Shown here one piece after another: positions 1 to 15,100 of a DNA stretch of 64,000 nucleotides (position 1 is its first letter; every line of letters starts with the position of its first letter). Under the pieces are notes generated by a model. That model saw nothing but the letters and a program-made list of their open reading frames with translations, ran no database searches and had not been told where the DNA came from. The DNA is from Antedon mediterranea (Eukaryota; Animalia; Echinodermata). The position numbers and the translations under genes are program-made. The stretch is from assembly GCF_964355755.1 (NCBI RefSeq), contig NC_092679.1, positions 17,467,432 through 17,531,431 of the forward strand, in the 5' to 3' direction.

Positions 1-226
1 TACATTCTAATTTTTGGTTTTCTTGTGGTTTTTTTAATTGACATTTTGATGCATTTGATTGTATTGTATTTGTAAAGATGTTTATCTCTTGCCTTGTCCA
101 TCTTGTTAATTGTTTAACAAAAATGAGTGCATTTAAAAAAACCAATTGTTAGTTTAAATCAGCCCTATACTGTGTATTGTTTCTGAATGTTATTTAAATT
201 GTTTTCATATTTTGTCTAAAATTCAG

Positions 227-2365
<2,139 letters not shown>

Positions 2366-2947
2366 TAAATTATACTTTATCTAATTTTGTAATGAAAGGT
2401 ACAGTACACCAGCTGTTTGCTATTATCTAATCATAGTTTATGATTTGTTAGCCATGATCTAAGTGCTTTATTGTAGTAGTATCGGATCAACCCTGTTCCA
2501 ATTTTTCTCTCTTATTCTATTTGTCCATTTGTTGTACAAGTGATTTGTGATACAGTTTTTAAACGATGTATTTATACACCATGTACAATATATGCTGTTT
2601 TACTCACGTTTCCATAAAGAAAACAAACATTTCAATACCGCAGCACAATATATTATTTTTTAAATAATTTTGTACAGATATAAAATAGAAAGTTTATCCA
2701 ATATCCGTGGCTTGATATCCTTTTTCAAATTATAACAAATATATAAAACCAATCATAAACATAATCCATTAATCAAATAAAAAATATAAAATACCCATCA
2801 ATAATCTAAGTACTGTATAATATTATTTTTTTATTGTTGTCAATATGCCATTAAGTTCTACATTTCTGGTTTTTCCAATTTGTGAAAACAATTCGGGTCT
2901 TTCGAGACACCATATATACTACAGACTGCATTATTAGGCATTTAGTA

Positions 2948-3130
2948 GGGAGCTTTCGATTTGCAACGAAACCAAACTATGTCATCTTAGTTCATTGTGC
3001 ACATGTAGAAATATTGGGAGGCGATGCCATGCATCGGCACAGGTTTGATGGTTTCTAGGTCCAGACGACGATCGACGACACATTGATTGACCTGACCTAG
3101 ATCGGTAGTCTTCGCATTTCAAAAGCTCCC
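2948..3130. mobile_element. MITE between the SARS2 and TXNDC16 stop codons
   Basis: TIR GGGAGCTTT ... AAAGCTCCC flanked by TA/TA(A). Interior is CpG-rich, unlike its surroundings. Confidence 0.7.
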
Positions 3131-3183
3131 TAATGATAATTGATTCAGCAAGAGATTCATATACACTATTGTACTTAAAAATA

Positions 3184-6100
3184 TCAAAGTTCTATATGTC
3201 TTTTTGCCTCATTCAATGGAAGGTCTTCTAACAGATTGTCATTGTCCTCCCCAGTAGAAAGACCTTCCTCCTCGGATGATTCTTCCCTAATTTTGTCATC
3301 CTTTTCTGGCATTCGTTCAGCAGACCTACTGAATCTCCTGTTCTCCATTTGTGCCATTTCAGTTAGTTCCTCTGCCTTAATCATCGATAAGAAATCATAA
3401 CCAGTTGTTAGAGGCGTCCATTTCTTTTCTTTTAACATTCCTGAAAGAGAACATTTTTGCATGATGGTACTATAGCCATTTGTTTAAGTAAACAATAATA
3501 ATATTATTATAGTAGTAGTATAGGTCACGGAGCAACAACATTAGCCTTCCTGACCAGCATATACACCGTCTGGTGCGAGCGGCTCACGCTTGCTTATCCT
3601 CTTAGCCTCTCACAAACCTAAAATCTCTCTCTCCCACCAATCTCTATTTACACCAAACCTTTTTTCATAAGTACTTCTAATCTTTGATCCTAGATCTCAA
3701 TAACAACTTTTGGAGTATGTTTTTCAATACAATATTTTCTAAGGATAAAATTAAAACTTCACTCCCAAACCTTATGAAGAGCATCTTGTGTAATGATCAG
3801 CAATTGTTGGATGGATCACCCTCATTAAATATGGTAAAAAAAAAAATCTACTGTATGGACATTTGAATACAGGCTTCTGTAATCCACCAATCTAAAGCTA
3901 TACCTACCTGTTCTATCAATTTCACCATTCAAAGTTTTCTTTATCCAGGGCACTAACACCTTTTTCCTGTAGTCAACTGATGTGCCATAGTGATACAGGT
4001 TCTGAGACTTAAAGTCTAACAACACGATTGTCGGCCTAAACTTCACAAATTCTATATCGTATTGTTTTAGTAGATGCAGGCCAATAGTGTCAGAGGATGA
4101 CCTAGATTAGAAAATTACAATTCTTTGTTTTAAATAATAAAGAATGATCTTTAAAGTTCAGTCTATACTATCAAATTAGTTTGACATAAAAAGTGTAATG
4201 TGCCTAAATATAGTAGTGATATGATGTCCATATATACGGGCACATCATATTTTGTTGTCAAATAAAATAGATATAGCTTATTAAGACAACATTATTATGA
4301 AATTATAATTAAAATGTACACTCAAAATACTTACGAATCCAACCAACATATTTGGACGGTTGGGAATGTCTTTTCACGAGCAATTTCTGCGAGAGACTCC
4401 TCTGCAGATTCTGAGTAATGATCAAATCCATGAAACAACATCAAGAATGCTGACTTCTTTTTCATGAAAAATGGGAAATTTACTTCATTCAGCTCAGGCT
4501 AATAAAGTAAATCAATCTTAAAATGTTATATATTAAGAATATATTAAAAATACATGTAAACTTGTTTGTTGTGCACTTGTATTTTCCTCTACACAATCGG
4601 AGACTCCTCACCATCTAAGCACACACCAGTTGTATATATATTATATCATAATATATTGCCCCTCAACCCAGTCAATATTTGTATAATATCCATGCCAATC
4701 CCAATGTCTATCATGAAAACCAATTGCAAATTCATGTCGACCCAATTCTCGCAAGACATTCTTTGCCGTTGCACCTCTAATTGGAAGTACTACCTTATGT
4801 TCTATGAGGCAGTTAAAAATCTGTCATCCATTGAAGAATGATAATTAGTCAAGTTTAAGGTGTTATATTTTATGAACAGTGAATTAAATTTACCATTATT
4901 TTCTCGGATGATTCCAGCACAAATTTCTTCAGATCTTCCTCAGTGTAGGGCTCTGTATACAAGACTTCTGGCTGATTCACATCCTCCCATTTGATAGTTA
5001 CAACGGTAGCTTCAACACTTCCACCTATTTGACCTGCCCTACGAATATATATATTCATGTTAATTTTGATGCAATGCATAATTAGGGTTAATCAGACCCA
5101 AACTAATACCCTGATTTACATTAATATTACTTACAAGGATTTAGCACAATCTTTGACACAGGATGCCATCAGGTACTGTCCTCTTAGCTCTTCTGCCACC
5201 TCTGAGAACACCAAACGTTCTATGTAAAACACAAATTTGCAAGTTCTTATATTACAATAGTAAAGAAAGGACACCAGAGACTTTATCTGTTAAGGAAGCT
5301 GAACCATTTTAATGTCGATAAAGTAATTCTTAGGGTTTTTTATAATTCCTTAATTGAGAACGTTTTCCTTTATATGCTGGTTTTTTTAGTCTTAGGGACA
5401 AAGAGAAAAACTCACTACAAAGAATTGTTAACTTAAGTTCTAAATTAATAGGTTGTCAACTTCGTAGCTTATCTTTTTTCTGTGACATGCAAACTCTAGA
5501 AAAAAGTAGAGCTATTCTAAAAAATATTAACCATGCCTTGTTCAGTGATTTCGAGCTCATGCCTCATGGGCATTGCTTTTGATGCCTGGCATGTAGAACA
5601 AACCGTTAAAGGAATTCCTTTTTGCCAGTGGCCATCCGACTCTTAAATTCTTGAACTTTGACTCTTGTTATATTGTACTGTGTATTGTGATATTTTGTAT
5701 ATTTTGTAAGATCATTTTAATCCAGACCTTTTTATTTGAATTGCCCCCCTGTTGGATGATTAAAGAATTTTGAATTGAATTGAATTACAGTGTTCCAGAA
5801 TTGTATTCCATAGCGCTCTAATCTAATAGCGCACAGTGGAATGCTATTATGAGAGTCGCGAACTGTCAGACATGACGGATACGTACCAACCAACTAATAA
5901 TCAGGGAAAAAATGGTTTCCTACTTTCTAGGATTTTTATCAGATAATCTATATTGTTTTAACTCTTGTAACATGACCACAGTGCTGATTTTGCCATTTTT
6001 TCTCTAACTGTAATTAAATTATTACAGTATTTACTAGGTTATTTTACCTTTTGTTGTTCCTTCTGGGAAAAAGCCAATTGTAAAAGCATCAAGGTATTTA

Positions 6101-9100
6101 GAATTCCAAGAAGGATTTTTGGCGTCCATAAATTCTCTTCCTTTCTTCTCTGTCATTAGTACTATAGGAGAATTAACAGTCAGCCTACAAAATAATAAGA
6201 CATATTCTACAGGTTCACATAAAAAAAAAGATCCAAATTTTACCATGGAGTCAAACGAGTGAGCAGTTAAGGCCGAGGTGTTGTACTTTACCTAAAGAGC
6301 TAACAATATCGGCAAGGGTTCGAAGCTCTGGTGGGGGAATAAGTTTTCTCGGATAAGGACTATAAACCGTAGGTCAAGTGTACACAGTTATAACCCGTAT
6401 CCCAGTTCATCATTCGAGACGAGTAGATTACCTCAGTGAACTGGTTCACAAATTAGCCCCTGTATCCGGGGGATTACCACCTTTCTAATAGAACAGTGAT
6501 TAAGTTACTTTTTGTGTTCATGCACATGTTGTAGATGACACTTTAGCGATACATTTTTAGAGAGGTTGGCAATCTGGTTACAGATGCAGACAAACCAGGT
6601 TACAGAGGTAGGCATACTAGTCCAAATACTTACAGTAAATAATACTTCAAGAAGTAGAATTCATCAAGAACACCTTTGTATTCAGCAACCTCCTTTCCCT
6701 TTTTGTACATTTTAATAGTAGGGTAACGAGTCACATTTGCTTTGGTGCAGACATCTGGCCAATCAAAACAGTTCACTCGAGCAAGAGCACTTTCATTTGT
6801 ACGTTTAATCTCCATTATCTCCACTGCTGCAAGTCCATACGGTTCACGAAAAGCCAGGCACCGTGGGTCCCCTATCAAACAAAATAAAGCTTTGCTAGAA
6901 TTTATATTTTAAACTGGAGGAATCCACATTTTTTGATTAGGAAACCTACATTTTTAGTTGAATGGTTTAAGCTAATAATTAGCATTGTACTTAATGTCAC
7001 ACCATATGTCTTGCATTTGACAATTAAAAATGTCTCTGAACACTAAAATGCAATCAGGATTGTCTAGTGGGTTACAGTTTATTAAATGCGACATCTACAG
7101 GGGCATCTAGTGTCTAGGATATCATTATTGCACTCTGATTCGATGTAAAGGATCTTTTACACCTGTACCGGTGAGGTGCCTTATATTTGACATGAACAAG
7201 ATGGTAGTAAAGCCCTTCTTTACAATGTAATCAGGATTGTTTTGTGGGTTACAAGTATATTAAATGCGAAGCTAACTGGTGACAAGATCTATTCTAGAAT
7301 CATTAAAAAGAATGTCGTACATTTGACATGGAAAAAGATGGTAGTCAAACCCTTCTTTACAATGAACTCGGGATATGTCTTATCAGTGAGTGCTTCAGTA
7401 TGTATGGTGTCAAGATGTTGAATTGATCGTTCCTGATAAGTTGCGTCTTGAACTGGGTCATCTTGAAGCTCTTCAACTAAAAGACATGTAATCGATATAT
7501 AAAATAAATAATACTCTCAGAAACTGAGTAAAATATTTGGCAAAATGCAGAAGGCATGCTATTTAATATTTGGTCCTTATTAAAGATACAGATATTGGGT
7601 TTGTTGATATATACAGATACAGTAGCTATTTGCAAAAAAAACGAATTGAAAATTGTGAATGTTATCATGCAATCAAACTATAGAATCATACACAGCAAAC
7701 ATGTGGTTCTTACAAACAAGGAGACAAATTTGAGATTCTAGACTGAATTTCAACTTTGGCACAATTGTTTGGCACACATGGCATTTCATACGTGAGCTTG
7801 AAAGACAGACCAAAATTGAAACACCCAGGTAGAACCCTCAAACCCCTTACTATGACATTAGCATGAATTAATAAATTATAAAAACTTCCTATTGGTATTT
7901 GTTGGCATCTTATTTCAGTAATTAGGGAGACATAGTTGTATATTAATTCAGAATAAAATATAAAAGAATAAAATATAAAAGAAGAAAAAATTTACTCACA
8001 TAAAATAAATTTAAATTTGTAAAAGAAAAGAAAGTTCATTTAAAATTAAAATATTTTTAAATGAACTGTTTCATATTTTTGCAAATAAAAGGCTGAGAAT
8101 ACTTATGTTCCATAAGAAAATTGTTGTGTTTGTGTTTATAACCACTTACTGTTCTCATCGTCATTAATTTCTTCATCATCAAGTTGATCATCTGGTACCG
8201 TTTCTCCAAGAACATTCTCAATAAAATCTATAACCTTCCCCACTTCCGTAACACCTTCATGCATTTCAAAAAATTCTCCCTGTATAAATGTAAATTTGTT
8301 TTTAGTTTGAAAGCAAGCAAACTATATACACATATAGTTATAAGCAAAAGCTTGTGAGTACAGTACTAAGATGAATGTACATGCATACATGAGCGTCTAT
8401 TACTCCACGTCTCTGTGATATGCATCTGCATATCAGTTTAAAACTACATTGTTTGAAAATTGTATTAGTCATTAATGTCCTTCATGGGTTAGGGTTTTTT
8501 TGTCACATAAAGTTTGATAGTGTAGACAGAGCTTTATAGTGCTGTGAGACATCAGTATAAAGAGTAATAGGTTTAACTCTTTATACAAGAGAACGCAATG
8601 GTATTCAAATTTATTTGTAACATTATATTAACTTTATATTAACATTGGGTAGTTGACATTTATCGATCGACATAGACCATCTTGACCACTCCTGTTGCCC
8701 TGATTACTCGATTGGGTTCAATCAAGAAGGAATTATTTCCTCCATGGTTTAATCAAGTTGAACAGTCCAGCACTATACATGAAAATCATAAATACTTACG
8801 TTATACGAGTGTCCAGGATCCATTATTAAATAAGGTAATTTACGTTGCTGACCCAGAAGAAATTTTATTTTCAAAGATGGAATTTTCTGTAGCTCAACAA
8901 AGTTCCTGGAAGATAGACAGGGAGTTTAGTTTATAGGGTACAAGTAAGAATTATATATTTGTTATCCTAGACCAGTTAACTTTATATTAATATTATATAT
9001 TTTAAGTTAGTGTGAGCAGTTCTATTCTGATCTGGTAGGTGCTGCACTGCTGGCTGCTGTGGGTCCGTAGAGGGCCTTACCCGAATTTTCTCAATTTCCA

Positions 9101-12100
9101 GTTAAGCTTGAGGACCAGAATAAATACTGTCAATTTACCTTTAACCCATTTTTCACAATTTACTGGCATTTCACTGACATCAAGGTGAACTTAAGGTTGA
9201 CTGATTCATAATCAGGATTTTGTTGCAGGCTACGATTTTTTAAAATTTGTCCTCAAGCTTAACTGCAGCCAGCAGTGCAGTGCCTACCAGATCAGCACAC
9301 CAGGAGACGAATAGTGTACTTTTAACGTGCGTTATGTACATGACCAACGAGGCAATGAGACATTGATGATATTGATAATGTTTGTCAACTTACATATCAA
9401 CTATTACAAATCCAACGCTGCCAAGGAACATAGGAGACACCTGCTCAATAACCTTTTCAATTTCCGGAAATTTCTCGCATTTTGTTATCAACATTACTGT
9501 CGGCATCTTCAATTCCATGTGTAAACTTTTCCCACCATTGTCAATCTTGCTCTAAAATGGAATACATATGATACAATATGAATGAATGCAAACAGTATTA
9601 AGTTTTGTCATCAGTGATATGATAAATTGTCTGTATACTCGTAGTGTATACTTACAATCAGTGGTATATCCAGTGCTTTCATAAATGCTGGGAATTCATT
9701 CACACGAAGGAGTCCTTGATATCTTATACGTTTACACTCTTCATTGAGCAGAGCTTGGTGACACTGAAACAACCAAACACCATCTCGTGTTTCTTCCCAC
9801 ATTTCAACATCACTTGAAAGAAAAACCATTCAGTGTTTAAAGAAATGTAGCACATATGCAAATCTTAAATTTGATCACAATCATATAATAACAGCATAAA
9901 GATATTGATTTGGATAGGAGAAGATGGAGATTAGTAATTACCAATTGGAAAATGGAATTATCCATTTATGGGGTCTCATTGAAAACTAATCACTAGATAT
10001 TCTGTACAGTGTGTAGGAGTATGATTTGGTTGAACTTACCTTTCCTTAAGAACATTCTTTGAACTTGTGGTTACTAAAAATTTATAGCGATGTCCATATG
10101 CAAAAGCAGCTTCCATAAACGCCCTATGTTCTGAGAGTAATAAAAAGGTAGAGTTGAAGTAATGGTCTAGGGGCTTTCTATTGATATTGATTTAATACTG
10201 AGATAAAGATAATTACCTGGCGTTCCAATAGCCAACACCTTAGCAAAGATGACATCTTGTTTAGCTCTTGACTTGCGTAGTGTTGTAAATAGCTCATCAT
10301 GGTTCTGTACGATTGGTACTTCTTGTAGAAGGGCGAGGCTAGATTCAGAAAAAGATGGTTATGGTACAATAGTTAATCTATATAATTTAACATTTTATGG
10401 AAATGTAAGTGGGAGAGGACGACTCAAAAGTGCTGGTTTTGCCCAATTGGTACATACTTTATGAAAGGGTGAGAGGATTGCAAAACATTTTAGTATATAA
10501 ATATATACTATAAATGTTACTGGTAGTGCAAGATTATAATCAATGCTCATAGATTGTTCTACTTTATAAGGGCTTTATAGTATTGACAAAAACACCCTGA
10601 TATTTGATATTTTAACCTACAGATAAAGATAAGATATGGGCATACTGCGGTGAAACACTGTTTTTTGTCAGATCCCCGAAGTTAATCAACACTGAGCCCG
10701 GCTGCGTTCTGGATGGGAGACTGTATGGTGAGAGTGATGGTGTAATGATAATATTGGACTAGCATGTGATAGGCATGGGTTCAAGCCTATCTGTGTACCA
10801 TACTGATTGCTTCCTTAGGCAAGATACTTAACTCTCATTGCCTCGTCCTTCGAATGGGATGTAAAGCCGTATCGTGTACATATAATACACGTTAAAGAAC
10901 TTTGTACACTATTTGAAAAGAGTAGGGGATTGTCTCCCAGTGTGCTGATCTGGTATGCGCTGCACTGCTGGCTGTCCTGGGTCCGTAGAAGGCCTAATCC
11001 GATTTTCCTTTATTTCCAGTTAAGCTTGAGGACCAGAATAAATACATTTACAAGGTAGAGTGCCACTCTAAGATACTTACTGTAAAGAACTGGAAACAAT
11101 TGAATTGATGTCAAACAAAGTATCTGTTGCCAAATCTGTTAGAGATTTACCATCCCTATAAAATACATACAAATTATATCAGTATCTACAAAAGGAATCT
11201 AATATCATCATATGCTTTAATATGGTAGTGATATGACATCATCATGTCCATATATGGGCACATCAAATTGTTTTGTCACATAAAGTTTGATAGTGTAGAC
11301 AGAGCTTTAATTTAGACAGATCCCATTTGGCCTAGAGCAAACCCTCCATTCCCGACCACCATTTTTTAAAATAGGCAGGAACACTAGGTAAAATTTACCA
11401 CTTTTTTTTTGGTGAACTTTTTATTTGAACATCCTTTTATTAACTGTTAAAGTAAATTACTTCCTTATTATTTAGCGTGTCATAGACAAAAGAACGTTGG
11501 ATGGTATTCAAAATGTTCAAGTGACCTACTGCATATCCAGGAATAGTAATAATAATAGTAATAGTAACTTATTTGTTATAGTATACTGTATATGATACGA
11601 TTATTATACAATGTGGTACTACTACTATTATATTAAATTGATTAACAAACCTAAAAACAAACACCTTTGTCCTCAAATCCTCTGGTTTTTGCGTGCAGTA
11701 TTCTTCAATGTAATTAATGTTACAATCAACCTGAAAAAATGAAATGATAATAGTGATAAATAAGATTAGGAACTGCAATGTTAAGATAGTGTAGCTAAAG
11801 TGAGGCACATCAACTTGCACTACATGGTAACATAAATTTGCCCCAACCATCTCCCTGCCCTAAGTCTGTAGTTATTGTCTTTTTTATGTTAATTGTTAGT
11901 CGGCTTTTCAATTTTTGACTGAAATGAGTTTACGAGCTCAAGTAGTATGAAGTGCCATATGTGCCAAAATATTATCAAGTCAAAATTCCATCTAGAACAC
12001 AGACTACATGGTAACCCAGAGTTCTCAACATACTATAAATCATTTCTAAAATTCATTTAAATACAACATAAAAAAACAACATGAAGAGGAGCATTTTAGA

Positions 12101-15100
12101 AAAACATTAAAACATATTTATGGAATGCAAACATGAATTCATCAAAATTATCAATGTACATAACAAGTATTAGATACTGTAGATATTACAACCCAACACA
12201 ATGACAGCTCAAAAAGCGAACCAACATGGAAATAGAATGGCTACATCACATTGGCATTGATCGGCGTATGCCAGTCATGCACAACTATACATGCGGTGAG
12301 GCATGTTGAGCATACCAGTGCAGAGCATATTCCATCAAGATCCCTCATATTCAAATTTGTCATTTTATTGCCATTTTAGTACTAGTCAATAAAATGTGTT
12401 CTAATATGTTATAATATTCACCTAGTTGACACACACCTTGATAGTACTATTTTGTATTGAAGGTAAAACCAAATTTGATACCCTTGTTATTATCATTTAA
12501 TTAATTTTAACCATGGAGCATTGTGGATATATGTTTAAACTGTATATTTGGATGTTTGTTGCAAATTCATCTAGTTTCAATCCGTACTTTTACTTTCTCT
12601 TGCATAAAAAACATGTGCAATATATATCAGTAATGGTTCTTAATGGAAAAATCCTAGAATATTCTTACTCCATAGTAATATCAGGGTAATTAATTAATAA
12701 CTCCCTGGTGATAAATAATCACTTTATTATGAACTGGTCAGAATGATATTCCATGATTTGAAGTAATCATCAAAGCATTAAAATAGTAAATTGTGGCCAT
12801 TTTTAATTTATGCTAATTTAAACACTTTCCGACCTTCGATTTTGGGAAATTTTGTATATGATATTCATTTAGACCATATCGACAAACAAATTACAGCAAT
12901 TTGTTCGTCTGGTCGACCTGGATACTTTTACTGTTGGTAATTACTGCATGTAGGTATAAAACCAGAGTGAGAATTGTATGTACAGTACTGTGCACAGCTT
13001 TTCTGCTTGTGAAATGCATGCTCTAGTTCTAATCATTAGCACACAACTAGTATGAAATTCTAATCTATGCATGTTGGCACACACAAAGGTATTTTCACAC
13101 CTTTTAATTTTAATTATAGTAACAATCAAAACGTTAAAAAAATTAATAAATAAAACAAAATATATAAATAAAGCTGTCAAAATTTTTGTTTCATTTATTT
13201 TAGTAGGATTATAGTAGGCAACAATGTATAAAATAATATAAATACAAGTTTATCTATAACAGGTGTTTTTAATATAATAGTCATCAATACAAATCAATAA
13301 TTCATTGACATGATCCTATGACCTTTTGTTAGCAAATTATAATACTGTACTGATCAGAGCATTTTACCATGGGAATATTTATTATAATTATTGATTATTG
13401 ACAGAGTGTTGACTTTCATCATTTTGAAATACACAAAAAGAACTGTTGCATCAATTCTAAAGCTTTGTCTACACTATCAAACCAGGGAGGTAACTTATTT
13501 TTATACCTCACTGATCAAACTGTATGCGACAATAAATGTGGTGTGCCCATATATGGACATGATGATGTCATATTACTACCATATTTATGCATATCACTAT
13601 CATATTTGGGCACAACACACTTTTTTGTTGTCAAACTAGTTCGATAGTGTAGATAGAGCTTAAGTTTAAAAAAAAAGTAGAGATTGGTATACCATCCTAT
13701 CCTTTATGCGCCAAGATAAACACTGCATTTATTTTTACCAAGTTGATTTTGTAAAAATTAAAAAAATAATTTAATTAAAAATTTAAAAATCTTACCACTC
13801 CAAGTTTGATCCTAAAATCAACAAGATATTCAGATGCTTCAAAAAATCCATTTAGAAATTCTTGATATTCATTATCTGAGAAAAGAAAAAAAAACAATAA
13901 TGGTAAATTATTGTGACTCCTGAAATTGAACTTTTTATTACATTAGACACATTTGTACAGTTTCAATCAATATCTACATTAAATTCCTGTTTATTGGATG
14001 TTCCAAATACAGTACATCCATTTTGTTCTTTTTCCCCCTTTGCTGATAAATTAATTTGGTGTATTTTCAAACATATGGTTTATAATAAATAAAATAAAAT
14101 AAATAAAATAAAACATAGTTATTATTTAATGTAACCATGGAGAGTGTAACCAAGTACAGTATATAATTGTCCATACAGTAATTGATATGCTAATTAAGTG
14201 TCCACTGGTATGAATGTGGTGGGTTGCATTTTAGAGAATATCTCCATGGCTGCATTCTGTTTCTACATACGTTGATTGTAAGTTTTGTTTAGTGGTGGGT
14301 GGTATTATTTGTTCTTACAACTCCCTGAAAACACAATGTTTCGAGGTCAAACTGCATTATAATTAAAATGGCTCATCCTACCAACCAGTGGTTTGTATTA
14401 CCTGGGACAGAGTGGAGAAGAGTTTTTCACTATAACTTTGTATTACCATGGAGGTATACAAATACAGTACTGAAATATTGTTACTGGTTAATAGTATCAG
14501 TATTTTATTGGCACTCACTTTAGAATTTATAGTGGTACTGTACCATGAATCTTTCAATGGTGCGTCCATCAAAATATAAACAAAGGGAAAATCAATCTTT
14601 TATACAATAGCTTAAAAAGGGAGAAAATATATACTATATTAATATACACAATCAAATTTTAAAAATACCATGAAAGTGGTCTAATGGTTAGGACATCTGC
14701 AAATCAAGCAAAAGTTTCTGTGTTCGAATTTTGGTTCGGGCAACTTTTTCTCATCCTCACATATTTAATCACCTTTATTGTTTCAAATTAATTAATTTTC
14801 AGTTATCACAAGGCTGTTTATAACTTATTCTGTGCCTGTGATGTATAAATATATACAATATAAATATACTGTATGTATACAGTGGTTAGTGATTATTCTT
14901 AAACATCTATGGTTCCATCATTCTGGAAATCTGGTGAAGACATTAAAATTGAGTGATAAGCTTAATGATAATTCTCAAGTTAGATGCTGATAATTCCCAA
15001 TAACTTCCTATGGGAAGTCTGCATGGGTGATACCACTGGGTTAATTCTTGCGGATCTTTCTCAGGGACAGTTAGTAGAGTAGTAGTACTTTTATCTATAG

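Noticed and set aside
10633-10730. Functional 5S rRNA gene
   Set aside because: Diverged, lacks the 3' ~30 nt and the T-run terminator, and is fused to SINE body sequence.
14670-14745. tRNA gene (also candidates at ~17970-18030, 47056, 51256 and 60606)
   Set aside because: Only A/B-box remnants with no complete cloverleaf; these are decayed SINE heads.
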